DNA of 55,670 nt, from positions 91,217 to 146,886 of the forward strand of contig CAYMEV010000006.1 in the NCBI GenBank assembly GCA_964389675.1, in the 5' to 3' direction. Numbering within the stretch: position 1 is the stretch's first letter; every line of letters starts with the position of its first letter. Under the pieces are notes generated by a model that saw only the letters and a list, made by a program, of their open reading frames with translations, was not told the origin of the DNA and ran no database searches. Both the position numbers and the translations under genes were made by a program. The DNA comes from an uncultured Candidatus Sumerlaeota bacterium (GTDB lineage Bacteria > CAYMEV01). Of this stretch, positions 38,226-48,134 are shown piece after piece.

Positions 38226-40576
38226 AGATAATATTATGTTTTTGCCTTATAATTACCTTTTTTTCCGGTTTTGGCTTTGCTGAAACCAGGTATGTATCTC
38301 CATCAGGCGACGACAGCAACCCTGGGACATATTCAGAACCATGGGCCACTCCGGGTTATGGATCAAAAGCCATGCAGTCAGGTGATACCCTTATAATAAT
38401 GGGAGGAACCTACACCCTGTCAGTATACTGGGATGATATAATAACCCCCCCCAGCGGAAGTTCCGGCCAGTATACCATTATAAAGGGGCAAAACGGAAAG
38501 AGGCCTGTCTTACAGGGAACAGATGATCTTTACTCTGCAATCGAGCTTTCAGGAAAAAGCTATATACGGATAAGCAATCTGGATATTACAAGTATTGTAT
38601 CTCCAGGTTCTCCAGGGCTAAGAGTGGGAATATCAGGCACTGATTCGCCGGTATCAGATATAATTATTCAGGGAGTAAAGATCTATAATGTTGATGAATT
38701 CGGGATTGACCTTAAGGACATCAATAATATGAAGATACTGAACTCCGGCATTGATTATTGTGGTTTCGGCTCCATGGGAGGCCCTTCAGCAGGTTCAGGG
38801 GGCGGATGGAAGAACATTCTTATTGATGGCTGTTCTCTCTCCTTTGGCGGGCATTATTACCAGGGGGCCTTCTATCAGGGAAGCGATGTTTCTCCGTACA
38901 ACAGGCCTGACGGCTTTGGCATAGAAGCATCTGAAGGGCCAATAGAGATAAGGAACTGTACTGCTGAAAGAAATCTGGGAGACGGGCTTGATTCTAAAGC
39001 TAAAAACACGCATATATCAAACTGCATCGTCAAAAAGAATAACTGCGACGGGATAAAGCTATGGTCAGGCGACAGCAGCATAAAAAACTGTCTTATCTAC
39101 GGAATCGGTTATGATGATCCTGACAGGTGGCCATGGGCCTGCAGCATTGTCATAGGAGAGTATCTTGACGATAACAGCAGTTTCCTGATAGAGAATGTAA
39201 CACTGGAGGACAACCCATTCCGAGCAAGGCACTACATAATGTATGTCGATACAGACAGCACCGAGATATCATCATTTAATGTAACGATGAGAAATTCAAT
39301 AATAGCTAACGGGTATGCCGTTGCATTTTTCGGTGACAGGGTAAATGCTGTAATTGAACACAATCTGTTTTTTATACATGACCAGCCTGAGCAGGTATAT
39401 GCCAACGGCCAGTCTTATACAGCTTCGGAGATAAATAACGGCAATCTTCAGACAGGCAATATATCCTATGACCCTCAGTTTATTGATCCTTACTGGCATG
39501 GAGGATGGGGCAGCTACCGCCTCTCAGATTCAAGCCCGGCAATAAATGCAGGTACTGACAATGGGCCGGGGCATGATCTCAATTATAATCCCAGGCCATA
39601 TGGCCCAAATTATGATATTGGGTGCTATGAAGAATCGGATCATGCATCAATAAGCATTAATGGTCCGGCTTTCAGGGGATTATTTCTACTGAACTGTCAG
39701 GACCCTTCAGATAGTGTATGGAATCAGCTCCTTAAGGGAGTATCAGCAAAGTTCATGCTGGCAGGTGACATAACAGGCAATATGATATCTGAGATCGTTG
39801 TCAGCATAGATGGATACGGTATATATTATTATGATCGTGTATACAAGACCTGGAACAGGCTTCTTTCCTTACCTGCAGATGCATTGACACTCTCCAGGGC
39901 AGATCCGGGCAAACCGGTGCAAATCATAGCTTCTTTCAGTTCTTACGGCATTTACAGGTATAATATGGCCTTATCATCCTGGGTAAAGATCCTTGATTAT
40001 CCTGCTGTTTCTCTCTGCTCCGGCAATATTGACAGTGATAGCGAAAATATTGATGAACTGATAATCTCTTTTACAGATTATGAAGGATTATTTTTCTATG
40101 ATTTCAGGTCATGTTCTCTTATGCAGATCATCAATGAAACACCCGCTCAGTTCACTGCAGTGGATATCCATAAGGACGGATCTGACTCTGTAATATTTGC
40201 CACAGAGGCCTCCGGGCTGTATTACTGCTCATACTCATCCATTTATAAGGGTTTTAAGTTCAAGAAAATATCAAATTCCGTTCCTGATACCGGTCATTTT
40301 CTGGGTTTTGGGGATATTGAAGGAGATGAAGACCTTGAGCTGATCATGGCAAATAGCGGCAAAACATACTATTACAATTTCGAACTTCAGTCTTGGCACC
40401 TTTTGATTCAGGCACCCTTTTCGAGGATAATATCCGGAAGCTGTACAGGTGCTCAGAAGGATGACCTGCTAATGCTGGAATCTTCAAGCCAGAATCTTTA
40501 TATCCGAAACGGGTCTGACCAGGCATATAATATTATTCTGTCAGGTGCATTTTCAGATATTATGACAGCTCTGTAA
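38222..40576 (+). CDS. Secreted right-handed parallel beta-helix protein with C-terminal FG-GAP-like repeats
   Basis: Signal peptide; YVSPSGDDSNPGTYSEPW start motif; PbH1-like repeats (NLGDGLDSK, NNCDGIKLW); LSDSSPAINAG...YDIGCYE; C-terminal 'AGDITG..ISEIVV' and 'GNIDSD..IDELII' repeats. Confidence 0.8.
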   Translation: MKIILCFCLIITFFSGFGFAETRYVSPSGDDSNPGTYSEPWATPGYGSKAMQSGDTLIIMGGTYTLSVYWDDIITPPSGSSGQYTIIKGQNGKRPVLQGTDDLYSAIELSGKSYIRISNLDITSIVSPGSPGLRVGISGTDSPVSDIIIQGVKIYNVDEFGIDLKDINNMKILNSGIDYCGFGSMGGPSAGSGGGWKNILIDGCSLSFGGHYYQGAFYQGSDVSPYNRPDGFGIEASEGPIEIRNCTAERNLGDGLDSKAKNTHISNCIVKKNNCDGIKLWSGDSSIKNCLIYGIGYDDPDRWPWACSIVIGEYLDDNSSFLIENVTLEDNPFRARHYIMYVDTDSTEISSFNVTMRNSIIANGYAVAFFGDRVNAVIEHNLFFIHDQPEQVYANGQSYTASEINNGNLQTGNISYDPQFIDPYWHGGWGSYRLSDSSPAINAGTDNGPGHDLNYNPRPYGPNYDIGCYEESDHASISINGPAFRGLFLLNCQDPSDSVWNQLLKGVSAKFMLAGDITGNMISEIVVSIDGYGIYYYDRVYKTWNRLLSLPADALTLSRADPGKPVQIIASFSSYGIYRYNMALSSWVKILDYPAVSLCSGNIDSDSENIDELIISFTDYEGLFFYDFRSCSLMQIINETPAQFTAVDIHKDGSDSVIFATEASGLYYCSYSSIYKGFKFKKISNSVPDTGHFLGFGDIEGDEDLELIMANSGKTYYYNFELQSWHLLIQAPFSRIISGSCTGAQKDDLLMLESSSQNLYIRNGSDQAYNIILSGAFSDIMTAL

Positions 40577-40622
40577 AATAAAAATTATTGACATTCAGAT
40601 TCTATCTATTAAAAATTTGTTT

Positions 40623-41504
40623 ATGAAAAATTTTAATATCTTTATCTTACTGGCAATACTGTTTTTAATTCTGATATCCTGCAGCAGAACTGAATCGGTT
40701 GAGGATACAGGAATTAACCTGGAAATAGTCTTTGATGAACCACTCTATGAGAAATCCTTCCTGAACATAGGCTATAATTGGTCATTTCCCAGCCCTTCAA
40801 TAGAATTTAACGAGAATATGCGTGTTTTTGTACATTTCTGGAATCTTGACCAGGACAGGATGATCCTTCAGGACGATCATGACCTCCCTTTTTCAGGCAA
40901 GAGCTGGAATGAAGGAGAGGATATCAGCTACAGCCACAAAATATTCATCCCGGATTTTATAAAATACCTGGATAAAGAAGGTTTCGGCAAGGAAAATATA
41001 AGAATAAACGCGGGGCTTTATAACCCTTCTGACAGCAGTTTTAATGTCCTTTTATATACCGGTAAATACACCGCCTCAACACTTCCTTATAAATATCCGC
41101 GAGTAATATTCCATGATGGCTGGCATATGGAAGAAAAAACTGCGGAAAACAGGGATGAGACATTCAGGTGGACAAAGGATAAAGCAGACATGCTGGTTGA
41201 CAGCCTTGGCATGGATATGGAATTTCACATCAAGGGCACAGTTTTTAAGCATATTCTTCCTGATCAGAGAATACAGATATTTGTAAATGATACACTTCTT
41301 GAAGAATTTATCCCCGAAGAAAACACCTTTTATAAGGTTTATACAATACCAGAGGAAATGATTCAGGACAGCAGGACTTTCTTTATACACATAAAAACTG
41401 ACAGGACGTTCATCCCAAAGGAAACAGGACTCAATGACAATGATTACAGGGAACTCGGCTTAATGATCAACTGGATCTTTTTCCAGGGCCTGGGGAATAA
41501 ATAA
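40623..41504 (+). CDS. Hypothetical lipoprotein
   Basis: Lipobox LISC after a hydrophobic signal; ATG at 40623; motifs VFVHF..DDH, FRWT and RELG. Confidence 0.7.
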   Translation: MKNFNIFILLAILFLILISCSRTESVEDTGINLEIVFDEPLYEKSFLNIGYNWSFPSPSIEFNENMRVFVHFWNLDQDRMILQDDHDLPFSGKSWNEGEDISYSHKIFIPDFIKYLDKEGFGKENIRINAGLYNPSDSSFNVLLYTGKYTASTLPYKYPRVIFHDGWHMEEKTAENRDETFRWTKDKADMLVDSLGMDMEFHIKGTVFKHILPDQRIQIFVNDTLLEEFIPEENTFYKVYTIPEEMIQDSRTFFIHIKTDRTFIPKETGLNDNDYRELGLMINWIFFQGLGNK

Positions 41505-41752
41505 AGCACCGGATTAGCATTCATCATAAAGAATTATAAGATTAATATATACTCTCAGGATGCATATCAGGATTTTTTTTATTCCAGCATAAAGAAAGGC
41601 CTATTTTTAAAACCCTGATTTTAATAAAGGCTTAATACATGGTTGAAAATAATAAAGAAGCTGTTCAGGGGCAATAATATTTGATATATTGCCTGCATCA
41701 TTCATTATCATTTAGGAATTTCCTTTCTGAAGCATTTGCTGACAATTAAGAA

Positions 41753-42934
41753 TTAAAAGGTTTCTTTCTTAAGCCTTGTGAAGCTGGCTTTAAGCAGAAA
41801 TGGCGTAATCAATGCACTTGCAAGGATCAATAAAATTGTTGCAGACATGGTATCCTTGTCCACAATATTCCTTGACAGACCCATCAATGCCATGATCAGT
41901 GCTACCTCTCCCCTTGGTATCATTCCAACTCCCACTCTCAGTGATCGGATACCGTCAAATTTTGTAAGGCGGGCACCAATATAACTGCCAAGAAATTTGC
42001 ATACGATTGCAAGTACAACAAAAACAGTTACAAACCACAGGTTAATATCCAGGTCCAGAATATTATGGCCGAGCCCGATGCTTACAAAAAAGACATCTGT
42101 AAAAAAGGATTTTGAGACTGTTGATGTCCCCTCATTGATAGCCTCCCTGTATTCAGTCTGCCCGAGGAAAAGGCCAGCCATGTATGCCCCTGTAATGGCT
42201 GCTATCCCTGAAATTTCAGCTATATAGGCATAAAAGAAGATGAACATCATTGCAATTGGGATAATTGGGTTCTTAGGAAGGATCCTCCTAATATTAGCAA
42301 AGAGGGGCTTTATTATAAACAAGCCTATAAGGACAGAAAAGATAAAGAACAAAAATATTTTGCCAAGCGAGAATACAATACTTGCATCAAGGCCGCTTGC
42401 CTCATCCTTAACAGCAAGTCCGAAAATAAATGTTATAATAAGGATGCCAATTACATCATCGATTATGGCTGCGTTTATGATGCACCTTCCCTCCAGCCCC
42501 TTTAGCCTGTTCAGCTCCAGGAGGGTCATAACGGTTACGCTTACACTTGTGGCGGTAAATATGGCACCTATGAATATACTGTGATTGAAATCATAACCAT
42601 AGAGATAGGCAAATAATGTTCCCATTAAAAGGGGAAGGAGCACGCCCCCTAATGCAGGCATAAATGCCTGTTTTGAATCGTGCTTGATCTGCTTTATATT
42701 AGTCCCGAGGCCAGCTTCAAACAATAAAAGCAGTACGCCAACCTTGGCAATCCATTCAATTACATGATTTGCCTCAATAAGGTCAAATATGCTTGGGCCC
42801 AGGAATATTCCAAGGATGATGAGGCCGATAACGGGGGGGAGCTTGGCCTTCAGGAAAAAGGCTTTAAGGATAGCTGCAAAGAAAAGTATTATCGTAATAT
42901 CAAATATGATCTTTATACTGTAATCCAGATGCAT
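41753..42934 (-). CDS. Cation:proton antiporter (CPA2/NapA-like)
   Basis: Motifs LPPVIGLIILG, ATSVSVT, AAIIDD, GAYMAG, FFVSIG and GMIPRGEV. Confidence 0.92.
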   Translation of the reverse strand: MHLDYSIKIIFDITIILFFAAILKAFFLKAKLPPVIGLIILGIFLGPSIFDLIEANHVIEWIAKVGVLLLLFEAGLGTNIKQIKHDSKQAFMPALGGVLLPLLMGTLFAYLYGYDFNHSIFIGAIFTATSVSVTVMTLLELNRLKGLEGRCIINAAIIDDVIGILIITFIFGLAVKDEASGLDASIVFSLGKIFLFFIFSVLIGLFIIKPLFANIRRILPKNPIIPIAMMFIFFYAYIAEISGIAAITGAYMAGLFLGQTEYREAINEGTSTVSKSFFTDVFFVSIGLGHNILDLDINLWFVTVFVVLAIVCKFLGSYIGARLTKFDGIRSLRVGVGMIPRGEVALIMALMGLSRNIVDKDTMSATILLILASALITPFLLKASFTRLKKETF

Positions 42935-43002
42935 ATAATTTATCCTGCTTTAACCTTGGAAATTATCCAGTTTATTTAGGCAAATCTCAGAAAGCACCGG
43001 GC

Positions 43003-43854
43003 TCAGAGCTTAATGTCCTCATCAATGACGCCTATAACCTCATCAACCTTGATCAGCTGTATATTGCCGGTGCCTGGCTTTGCAAAATCAATACCATAGT
43101 GCAGAAGTATCTCAGTCAGTCTTTCGACAAGGCTTCTGTCCGGTATATTACACATTACAACAGATGATTCCTTATCCTTACCGAATCTCATATAGCTCAG
43201 TCCAGCAAAAATGGGCATGTCATATGAGATCTTTTTGGCAACCGATGTACCTTCAATTATTGTCCCGTTTGTGATGCCGAGCTCTACAATTGAGGTCAGC
43301 AGATTTGAAAGCTCAGCATTATTGTTTAGGGTAATTATTGCAAGGTAATTGCTTTCATCCTCTCCTGTCTCAACTTCCTTGTCGTATTCTTTGAGAATAC
43401 TAAATATGTCGTCTGCAGTACCTGCTTCTATAATTTTATCGCAGAATTCCTTTATCTGGAGGAGCCTTGATGCCTTTGCAAGCAGTTTGAGATACTCCTT
43501 GTTCTGTTTATCTGATGTTCCAAAGAAGAGGATGATATTAGCAGGGCCCATCTCTTTGTTTTCATAATCTATTCCCTCTTTGCTGACAACAATACTGACA
43601 AAAACCCTGTCAACACTGTCACTGCAAGCATGGGGAAGAGCAATACCCGGCATCAGCTCTGTATTTGCCATATTCTCCCTTTTTTTAAGAGCCTGATAGA
43701 ATTCATCCCTGTTAACAACAATATCAAGGTTATAGAGGTGATTAACCATTTTTTCGAAGAGTTCTTCCTTGGATTTGATCTTCGGATTCAGGATAATAAG
43801 GTCTTTTGTCAGGTATTTGGAAAAAGATCTGTATGTTTTGCTGTTCCCTTCCAT
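43003..43854 (-). CDS. PTS EIIA (Ntr/Fru-type) domain fused to a putative PII-like C-terminal domain
   Basis: EIIA motif KRE..NT....GIALPHA (phospho-His). C-terminal 'ITLNN...LGITNGTIIEG...PIFAGL...PGTG' resembles PII-like proteins (inference). Confidence 0.75.
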   Translation of the reverse strand: MEGNSKTYRSFSKYLTKDLIILNPKIKSKEELFEKMVNHLYNLDIVVNRDEFYQALKKRENMANTELMPGIALPHACSDSVDRVFVSIVVSKEGIDYENKEMGPANIILFFGTSDKQNKEYLKLLAKASRLLQIKEFCDKIIEAGTADDIFSILKEYDKEVETGEDESNYLAIITLNNNAELSNLLTSIVELGITNGTIIEGTSVAKKISYDMPIFAGLSYMRFGKDKESSVVMCNIPDRSLVERLTEILLHYGIDFAKPGTGNIQLIKVDEVIGVIDEDIKL

Positions 43855-43914
43855 AACGCTATGTTCATTTTTTTTTATTAAAAGTCAATATATTTTGTAT
43901 TTGTAAATTTTTAT

Positions 43915-43965
43915 TTGACAATTTTACAGAACAACCTATATTAATTGTTAGGAGTCCGAACTATT
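43915..43965 (+). promoter_or_regulatory. Promoter plus palindromic operator for the MarR-hcp operon
   Basis: TTGACA(43915)-16 nt-TATATT(43937); imperfect palindrome AATTGTTAGGA-G-TCCGAACTATT (43943-43965) overlaps the RBS. Confidence 0.6.
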
Positions 43966-44559
43966 ATGGAAAGAAATATCAATTCTAACATAATCAGCGG
44001 TATTGAGAAGATAATGCAGATTATGAAGACACTCTTATGGGATATTGCAAAAAAAAAGGGCATCAGCCCTTTGCAGGTACAGATGATGGAGCACATAAAT
44101 CAACAGAAGAATGGAATATCTACTATCACAGGCATAAGCAGGGAATTTGGTCTGAAGAAGAGCACTGTAAGTGAATCGGTCAAAAACCTTGAGGCAAAAG
44201 GCTTTATCGGCAGAAAGCAATCTGACAGAGATGCCAGGATATTTTATATCATGCTCACTGCAGAAGGGGAAAATATCATAAGAAGTTTCAGCAGCTGCTT
44301 TTCTGTATTTGAGGATGAACTAAGCAGGATCGATATTGATAAAAGGAAAATTGTCTCGCTGTTTTTAATGGAGCTTGTAAGGCTTTTTCATAAGCATGGA
44401 TTCATTCAGACTGCAAAGATGTGCAGCAATTGTTCAAATTTTCAGCCTAACTGCAGGAAATCATCAGAAAAGCCTCATTTCTGCAGTTATGCAAAGATAT
44501 ATATGGGGGATGAGGAATTGCACTTCAACTGCGAACACTTTTCAGAAAATAAAAATTAA
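43966..44559 (+). CDS. MarR-family regulator with a C-terminal Cys cluster
   Basis: Start revised to ATG 43966. wHTH 'KSTVSESVKNLEAKGFI.R...DAR...LT..G'; C-terminal CSNCSNF...HFC...NCEHF. Confidence 0.88.
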   Translation: MERNINSNIISGIEKIMQIMKTLLWDIAKKKGISPLQVQMMEHINQQKNGISTITGISREFGLKKSTVSESVKNLEAKGFIGRKQSDRDARIFYIMLTAEGENIIRSFSSCFSVFEDELSRIDIDKRKIVSLFLMELVRLFHKHGFIQTAKMCSNCSNFQPNCRKSSEKPHFCSYAKIYMGDEELHFNCEHFSENKN

Positions 44560-44580
44560 AAATAAAAGGAGGACTTATCT

Positions 44581-46242
44581 ATGTTCTGCAATCAATGTGA
44601 ACAGACACTGCATCAAAAAGGATGCACTTCCATAGGGGTATGCGGCAAGAGCAACAATGCTGCGATACTACAGGACCTGCTTCTCTATGGGCTTAAGGGT
44701 CTGGCTGTCTATGGGGAAAAAGCGAGAGAGGCTGGAATTATAGACAAGGAAACAGATGCTTTCATCTTCCAGGGCTTATTCACAACAATAACAAATGTAA
44801 ATTTTGATGAATCAAGGCTGGTTGAACTGGTCTATAAAACCTACGAGTACAAGCAGAAGATCAGGAGACTTTGCGAAAAGAAATCTTATAGGATCTTTCA
44901 GGAAGATACGCCGAAAATACTGGTTGACATTGCGGAATGGAAACCTGAACCTGATTTTGATGAACTTCTTAAAAAGGGAGAAAGTGTCGGTGTAATAGAT
45001 CCTGACCTGGCTGAAGACATTAACAGCCTCAAGGAAATAATAACCTACGGATTAAAAGGGATGGCCGCTTATGCAGACCATGCATTTATCCTTGGAGGTT
45101 ATGATGAAGATATTGCTTCATTCTTTTATAAAGCTTTATCTGATCTGGCAGACCCTGATAAGTCGCAGGATGAACTTATAACCCTGACAATGAAGGTAGG
45201 AGAGATAAATCTTAAATGTATGGAACTTCTGGACAGGGCCCATACCGGCAGGTTTGGCCACCCTGTACCTACAAAGGTAAATACAGGCTTAAAGAAGGGG
45301 CCTGCCATACTTATTTCCGGGCATGACCTGCTTGATCTGGAGGAACTGCTGATACAGACAGAAAAAAAAGGCATCAGCGTTTACACCCATGGTGAAATGC
45401 TTCCAGCGCACGGATATCCGGGATTAAATAAATACAGGCATCTTGCGGGTAATTATGGGTCAGCATGGCAGAAGCAGAGATCTGAATTCGATGATTTCCA
45501 GGGCCCGATACTAATGACTACAAACTGTATCCAAAAACCTAAGCCATCCTATATTGACAGGATTTTTACAACTGGCCTGGTCGCTTTTGAAGGTGTGAAA
45601 CATATACCTGACAGGAAACCGGGAAAGCAGAAGGATTTTTCAGAAATCATAGACATTGCCATGAAAATGGGAGGCTATGAGAATGATATTCCGGAAAAGG
45701 AGATTTTAGTCGGGTTTGGGCATAATGCAGTCCTTGGGGTTGCAGATAAGGTTACAGATATGATAAGGAATAAAAAGATCAGGCATATTTTCCTTGTGGG
45801 CGGATGCGACGGAGCTAAACCAGGCAGAAACTACTATACTGAATTTACCGGGATGGTACCGGAAGACTGCATTATCCTGACCCTGGCCTGCGGAAAATAC
45901 AGATTTAACAAACTTGATTTCGGTGATATCGAGGGCATACCAAGGCTGCTTGACATGGGCCAGTGCAATGATGCATATTCTGCAATCACCGTGGCATCTG
46001 CACTTTCTAAGGCATTTGACCTTAGCCTGAACGACCTTCCCCTTTCCCTGATTCTTTCATGGTATGAACAAAAGGCAGTTGTTATACTTCTTACTCTCCT
46101 GCATCTTGGAATAAAGAATATTAAACTCGGGCCGACACTTCCGGCTTTTGTCTCTGAGAATGTCCTCAAGTTCCTTGTCGATAATTTCAGCATAGCCCCT
46201 ATAACAACGCCTGAAAAGGATCTGAAGGAAATACTTGGATAG
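44581..46242 (+). CDS. hcp: Hybrid cluster protein (hydroxylamine reductase)
   Basis: Motifs MFCNQCEQT..GC...GVCGK, SGHDL, YTHGEMLPAH, GGCDG, LACGKYRF, GQCND and SWYEQKA. Confidence 0.97.
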   Translation: MFCNQCEQTLHQKGCTSIGVCGKSNNAAILQDLLLYGLKGLAVYGEKAREAGIIDKETDAFIFQGLFTTITNVNFDESRLVELVYKTYEYKQKIRRLCEKKSYRIFQEDTPKILVDIAEWKPEPDFDELLKKGESVGVIDPDLAEDINSLKEIITYGLKGMAAYADHAFILGGYDEDIASFFYKALSDLADPDKSQDELITLTMKVGEINLKCMELLDRAHTGRFGHPVPTKVNTGLKKGPAILISGHDLLDLEELLIQTEKKGISVYTHGEMLPAHGYPGLNKYRHLAGNYGSAWQKQRSEFDDFQGPILMTTNCIQKPKPSYIDRIFTTGLVAFEGVKHIPDRKPGKQKDFSEIIDIAMKMGGYENDIPEKEILVGFGHNAVLGVADKVTDMIRNKKIRHIFLVGGCDGAKPGRNYYTEFTGMVPEDCIILTLACGKYRFNKLDFGDIEGIPRLLDMGQCNDAYSAITVASALSKAFDLSLNDLPLSLILSWYEQKAVVILLTLLHLGIKNIKLGPTLPAFVSENVLKFLVDNFSIAPITTPEKDLKEILG

Positions 46243-46245
46243 ATC

Positions 46246-46269
46246 AAGAGGGGAGGGATCTCCCCTCTT
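46246..46269 (+). terminator. Intergenic hairpin between hcp and the Fe-S protein gene
   Basis: AAGAGGGGAG-GGAT-CTCCCCTCTT is a perfect 10-bp stem with only a short U-tract; partial terminator or stability element. Confidence 0.5.
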
Positions 46270-46290
46270 ATTAATAAAAGGGGGGTAATA

Positions 46291-47133
46291 ATGAAGAGAA
46301 AAATTATATGTATTGATGAAGAAAAGTGTGATGGATGCGGCGCATGCATACCCTCATGTGCTGAAGGTGCTCTCCAGATTATCAATGGCAAAGCCCGCCT
46401 TATAAGCGACCTGTTCTGTGACGGACTTGGCGCATGTATAGGCGACTGCCCCCGGGGTGCCATAGAGGTCGAAGAGAGAGAGGCTGAGCCATACAATGAA
46501 GAAATCGTGATGGAAACAATAGTAAAGGGAGGAGCCCCGGTAATAGAGGCACATCTTAAACATCTTAGAGAACACAATGAAACGGCTTATCTCAGGACAG
46601 CCCTCAATTACCTGAAAAGCAAAAACATTGCAGGTCCGCTTATCAACGAGGGTGCAAAAGGCCATATTTCTCATCATACGGGATGCCCTGGAGCAAAAAG
46701 CATGAATTTCCAGAGCAGGAAAACAAACCAGGAACAGACAGAAGAACTGAACTCTGCACTTACTCAGTGGCCTGTTCAGATGCATCTTATCCAGCCTTCC
46801 TCCGTCATTTTCAAAAATGCAGACCTTCTTCTGGTAGCAGACTGCTGTGCTTATTCCTATGGCAATTTCCACAATGAATTCATGTCAGGCAGAAGCCTCG
46901 TTATTGCATGCCCAAAACTTGATTCAGGGCTTGATATTTACCTGAAAAAGCTGGTATCCCTGATTGAAGAAGCAAATATCAACACACTTACAGTCATCAT
47001 TATGGAGGTACCGTGTTGCAGAGGGCTCCTTGCCCTTGCACAAAAAGCCCTGGAAACTGCAGCCAGAAAAGTGCCCCTGAAGCTTATTGTCATTGGCATA
47101 AAAGGTGAGAAAATAAAGGATGAGTGGATATAG
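46291..47133 (+). CDS. 4Fe-4S ferredoxin-domain protein (hcp-associated type)
   Basis: CDGCGACIPSC and CDGLGACIGDCP; C-terminal GCPG, QWPVQ, ADC, ACPKLD and MEVPCC. Confidence 0.88.
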   Translation: MKRKIICIDEEKCDGCGACIPSCAEGALQIINGKARLISDLFCDGLGACIGDCPRGAIEVEEREAEPYNEEIVMETIVKGGAPVIEAHLKHLREHNETAYLRTALNYLKSKNIAGPLINEGAKGHISHHTGCPGAKSMNFQSRKTNQEQTEELNSALTQWPVQMHLIQPSSVIFKNADLLLVADCCAYSYGNFHNEFMSGRSLVIACPKLDSGLDIYLKKLVSLIEEANINTLTVIIMEVPCCRGLLALAQKALETAARKVPLKLIVIGIKGEKIKDEWI

Positions 47134-47147
47134 GCAATCAGATACCA

Positions 47148-48134
47148 TCAGCCTCTGGTATAGATCCTGTTTATAAGCATAAGGTCAGCAAGTACTATTG
47201 CGGCTGCGGCTTCGATTACTGCTGGAAGGCGCAGGCAGAAACAGGAATCATGCCTGCCTTCAAGCCTTATCTTTACGGATCTTCCTGTTTTTAAATCTAT
47301 TGTACTCTGCTCTTTATATATGCTTGGTGTGGGGCGTACAGCTACCCTGAACAGCAAATCATTGCCATTAGTGATGCCTCCGTTTATACCGCCGGAATTG
47401 TTTGTCTCTGTCCTGCCATCGATATCTCTAATAGCATCATTATACTCGCTCCCTTTCATAGCGGAGCATTCAAACCCTGTGCCGAACTCAATAGCCTTGA
47501 TCCCCGGCACGGAAAAGGCCATATGGCTTATCAGGGATTCCGCTGAATCAAAAAAGGGTTCACCAAGTCCGCATGGCACATTCTCAGCCCTGCATTCAAT
47601 TATGCCACCCAGGCTGTCACCATCAGTCCGCGCCCTTTCGATCAAATCTGAATAATCTTTCTCTCCTCCGATTTCCACTATATATGCCTTTATCTTTATG
47701 GGTTCAATCAGCTTTTTTGCTATGACACCCGCCGCAACCAGGCCTATGGTCAGCCTGCCCGAAGAATGGCCACCTCCCCTGTAGTCATTATATCCCCTGT
47801 ATTTTTTGTATGCTGCAAAATCAGAATGGCCGGGCCGTGGAGTATATCTTATCTTTTCATAGGCTTCCGGTATGGTATCTCTGTTTTCAAAATAAATCTC
47901 TATAGGGCTTCCTGTTGTTTTTTTATTAAAAATACCGCTTTGTATGATCGGTATGTCCTTTTCTGATCTTTGGGTAGTCCCCTTAAGCCCTGCTTTTCTC
48001 CTTCTGATATCATCTGTGAAATCACTTTCTTCAACAGAGATGCCTGGAGGGCAGCCATCTATGATAATCCCCACCGATCTATTATGTGATTCACCAAAGA
48101 TTTCCACCTGGAATATTCTGCCAAATCTGTTCAT
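47148..48134 (-). CDS. aroC: Chorismate synthase
   Basis: Motifs FGESH, PRPGHSD, RGGGHSSGR, DSLGG, NNSGGINGG and GRHD. Confidence 0.95.
   Translation of the reverse strand: MNRFGRIFQVEIFGESHNRSVGIIIDGCPPGISVEESDFTDDIRRRKAGLKGTTQRSEKDIPIIQSGIFNKKTTGSPIEIYFENRDTIPEAYEKIRYTPRPGHSDFAAYKKYRGYNDYRGGGHSSGRLTIGLVAAGVIAKKLIEPIKIKAYIVEIGGEKDYSDLIERARTDGDSLGGIIECRAENVPCGLGEPFFDSAESLISHMAFSVPGIKAIEFGTGFECSAMKGSEYNDAIRDIDGRTETNNSGGINGGITNGNDLLFRVAVRPTPSIYKEQSTIDLKTGRSVKIRLEGRHDSCFCLRLPAVIEAAAAIVLADLMLINRIYTRG

Noticed and set aside
45834-46872. Long antisense ORFs (247 aa and 172 aa), and similar shadows such as 23628..24209, 34687..35286 and 53348..53875
   Set aside because: They lie opposite well-supported genes and have no recognisable motifs; codon-bias shadows.
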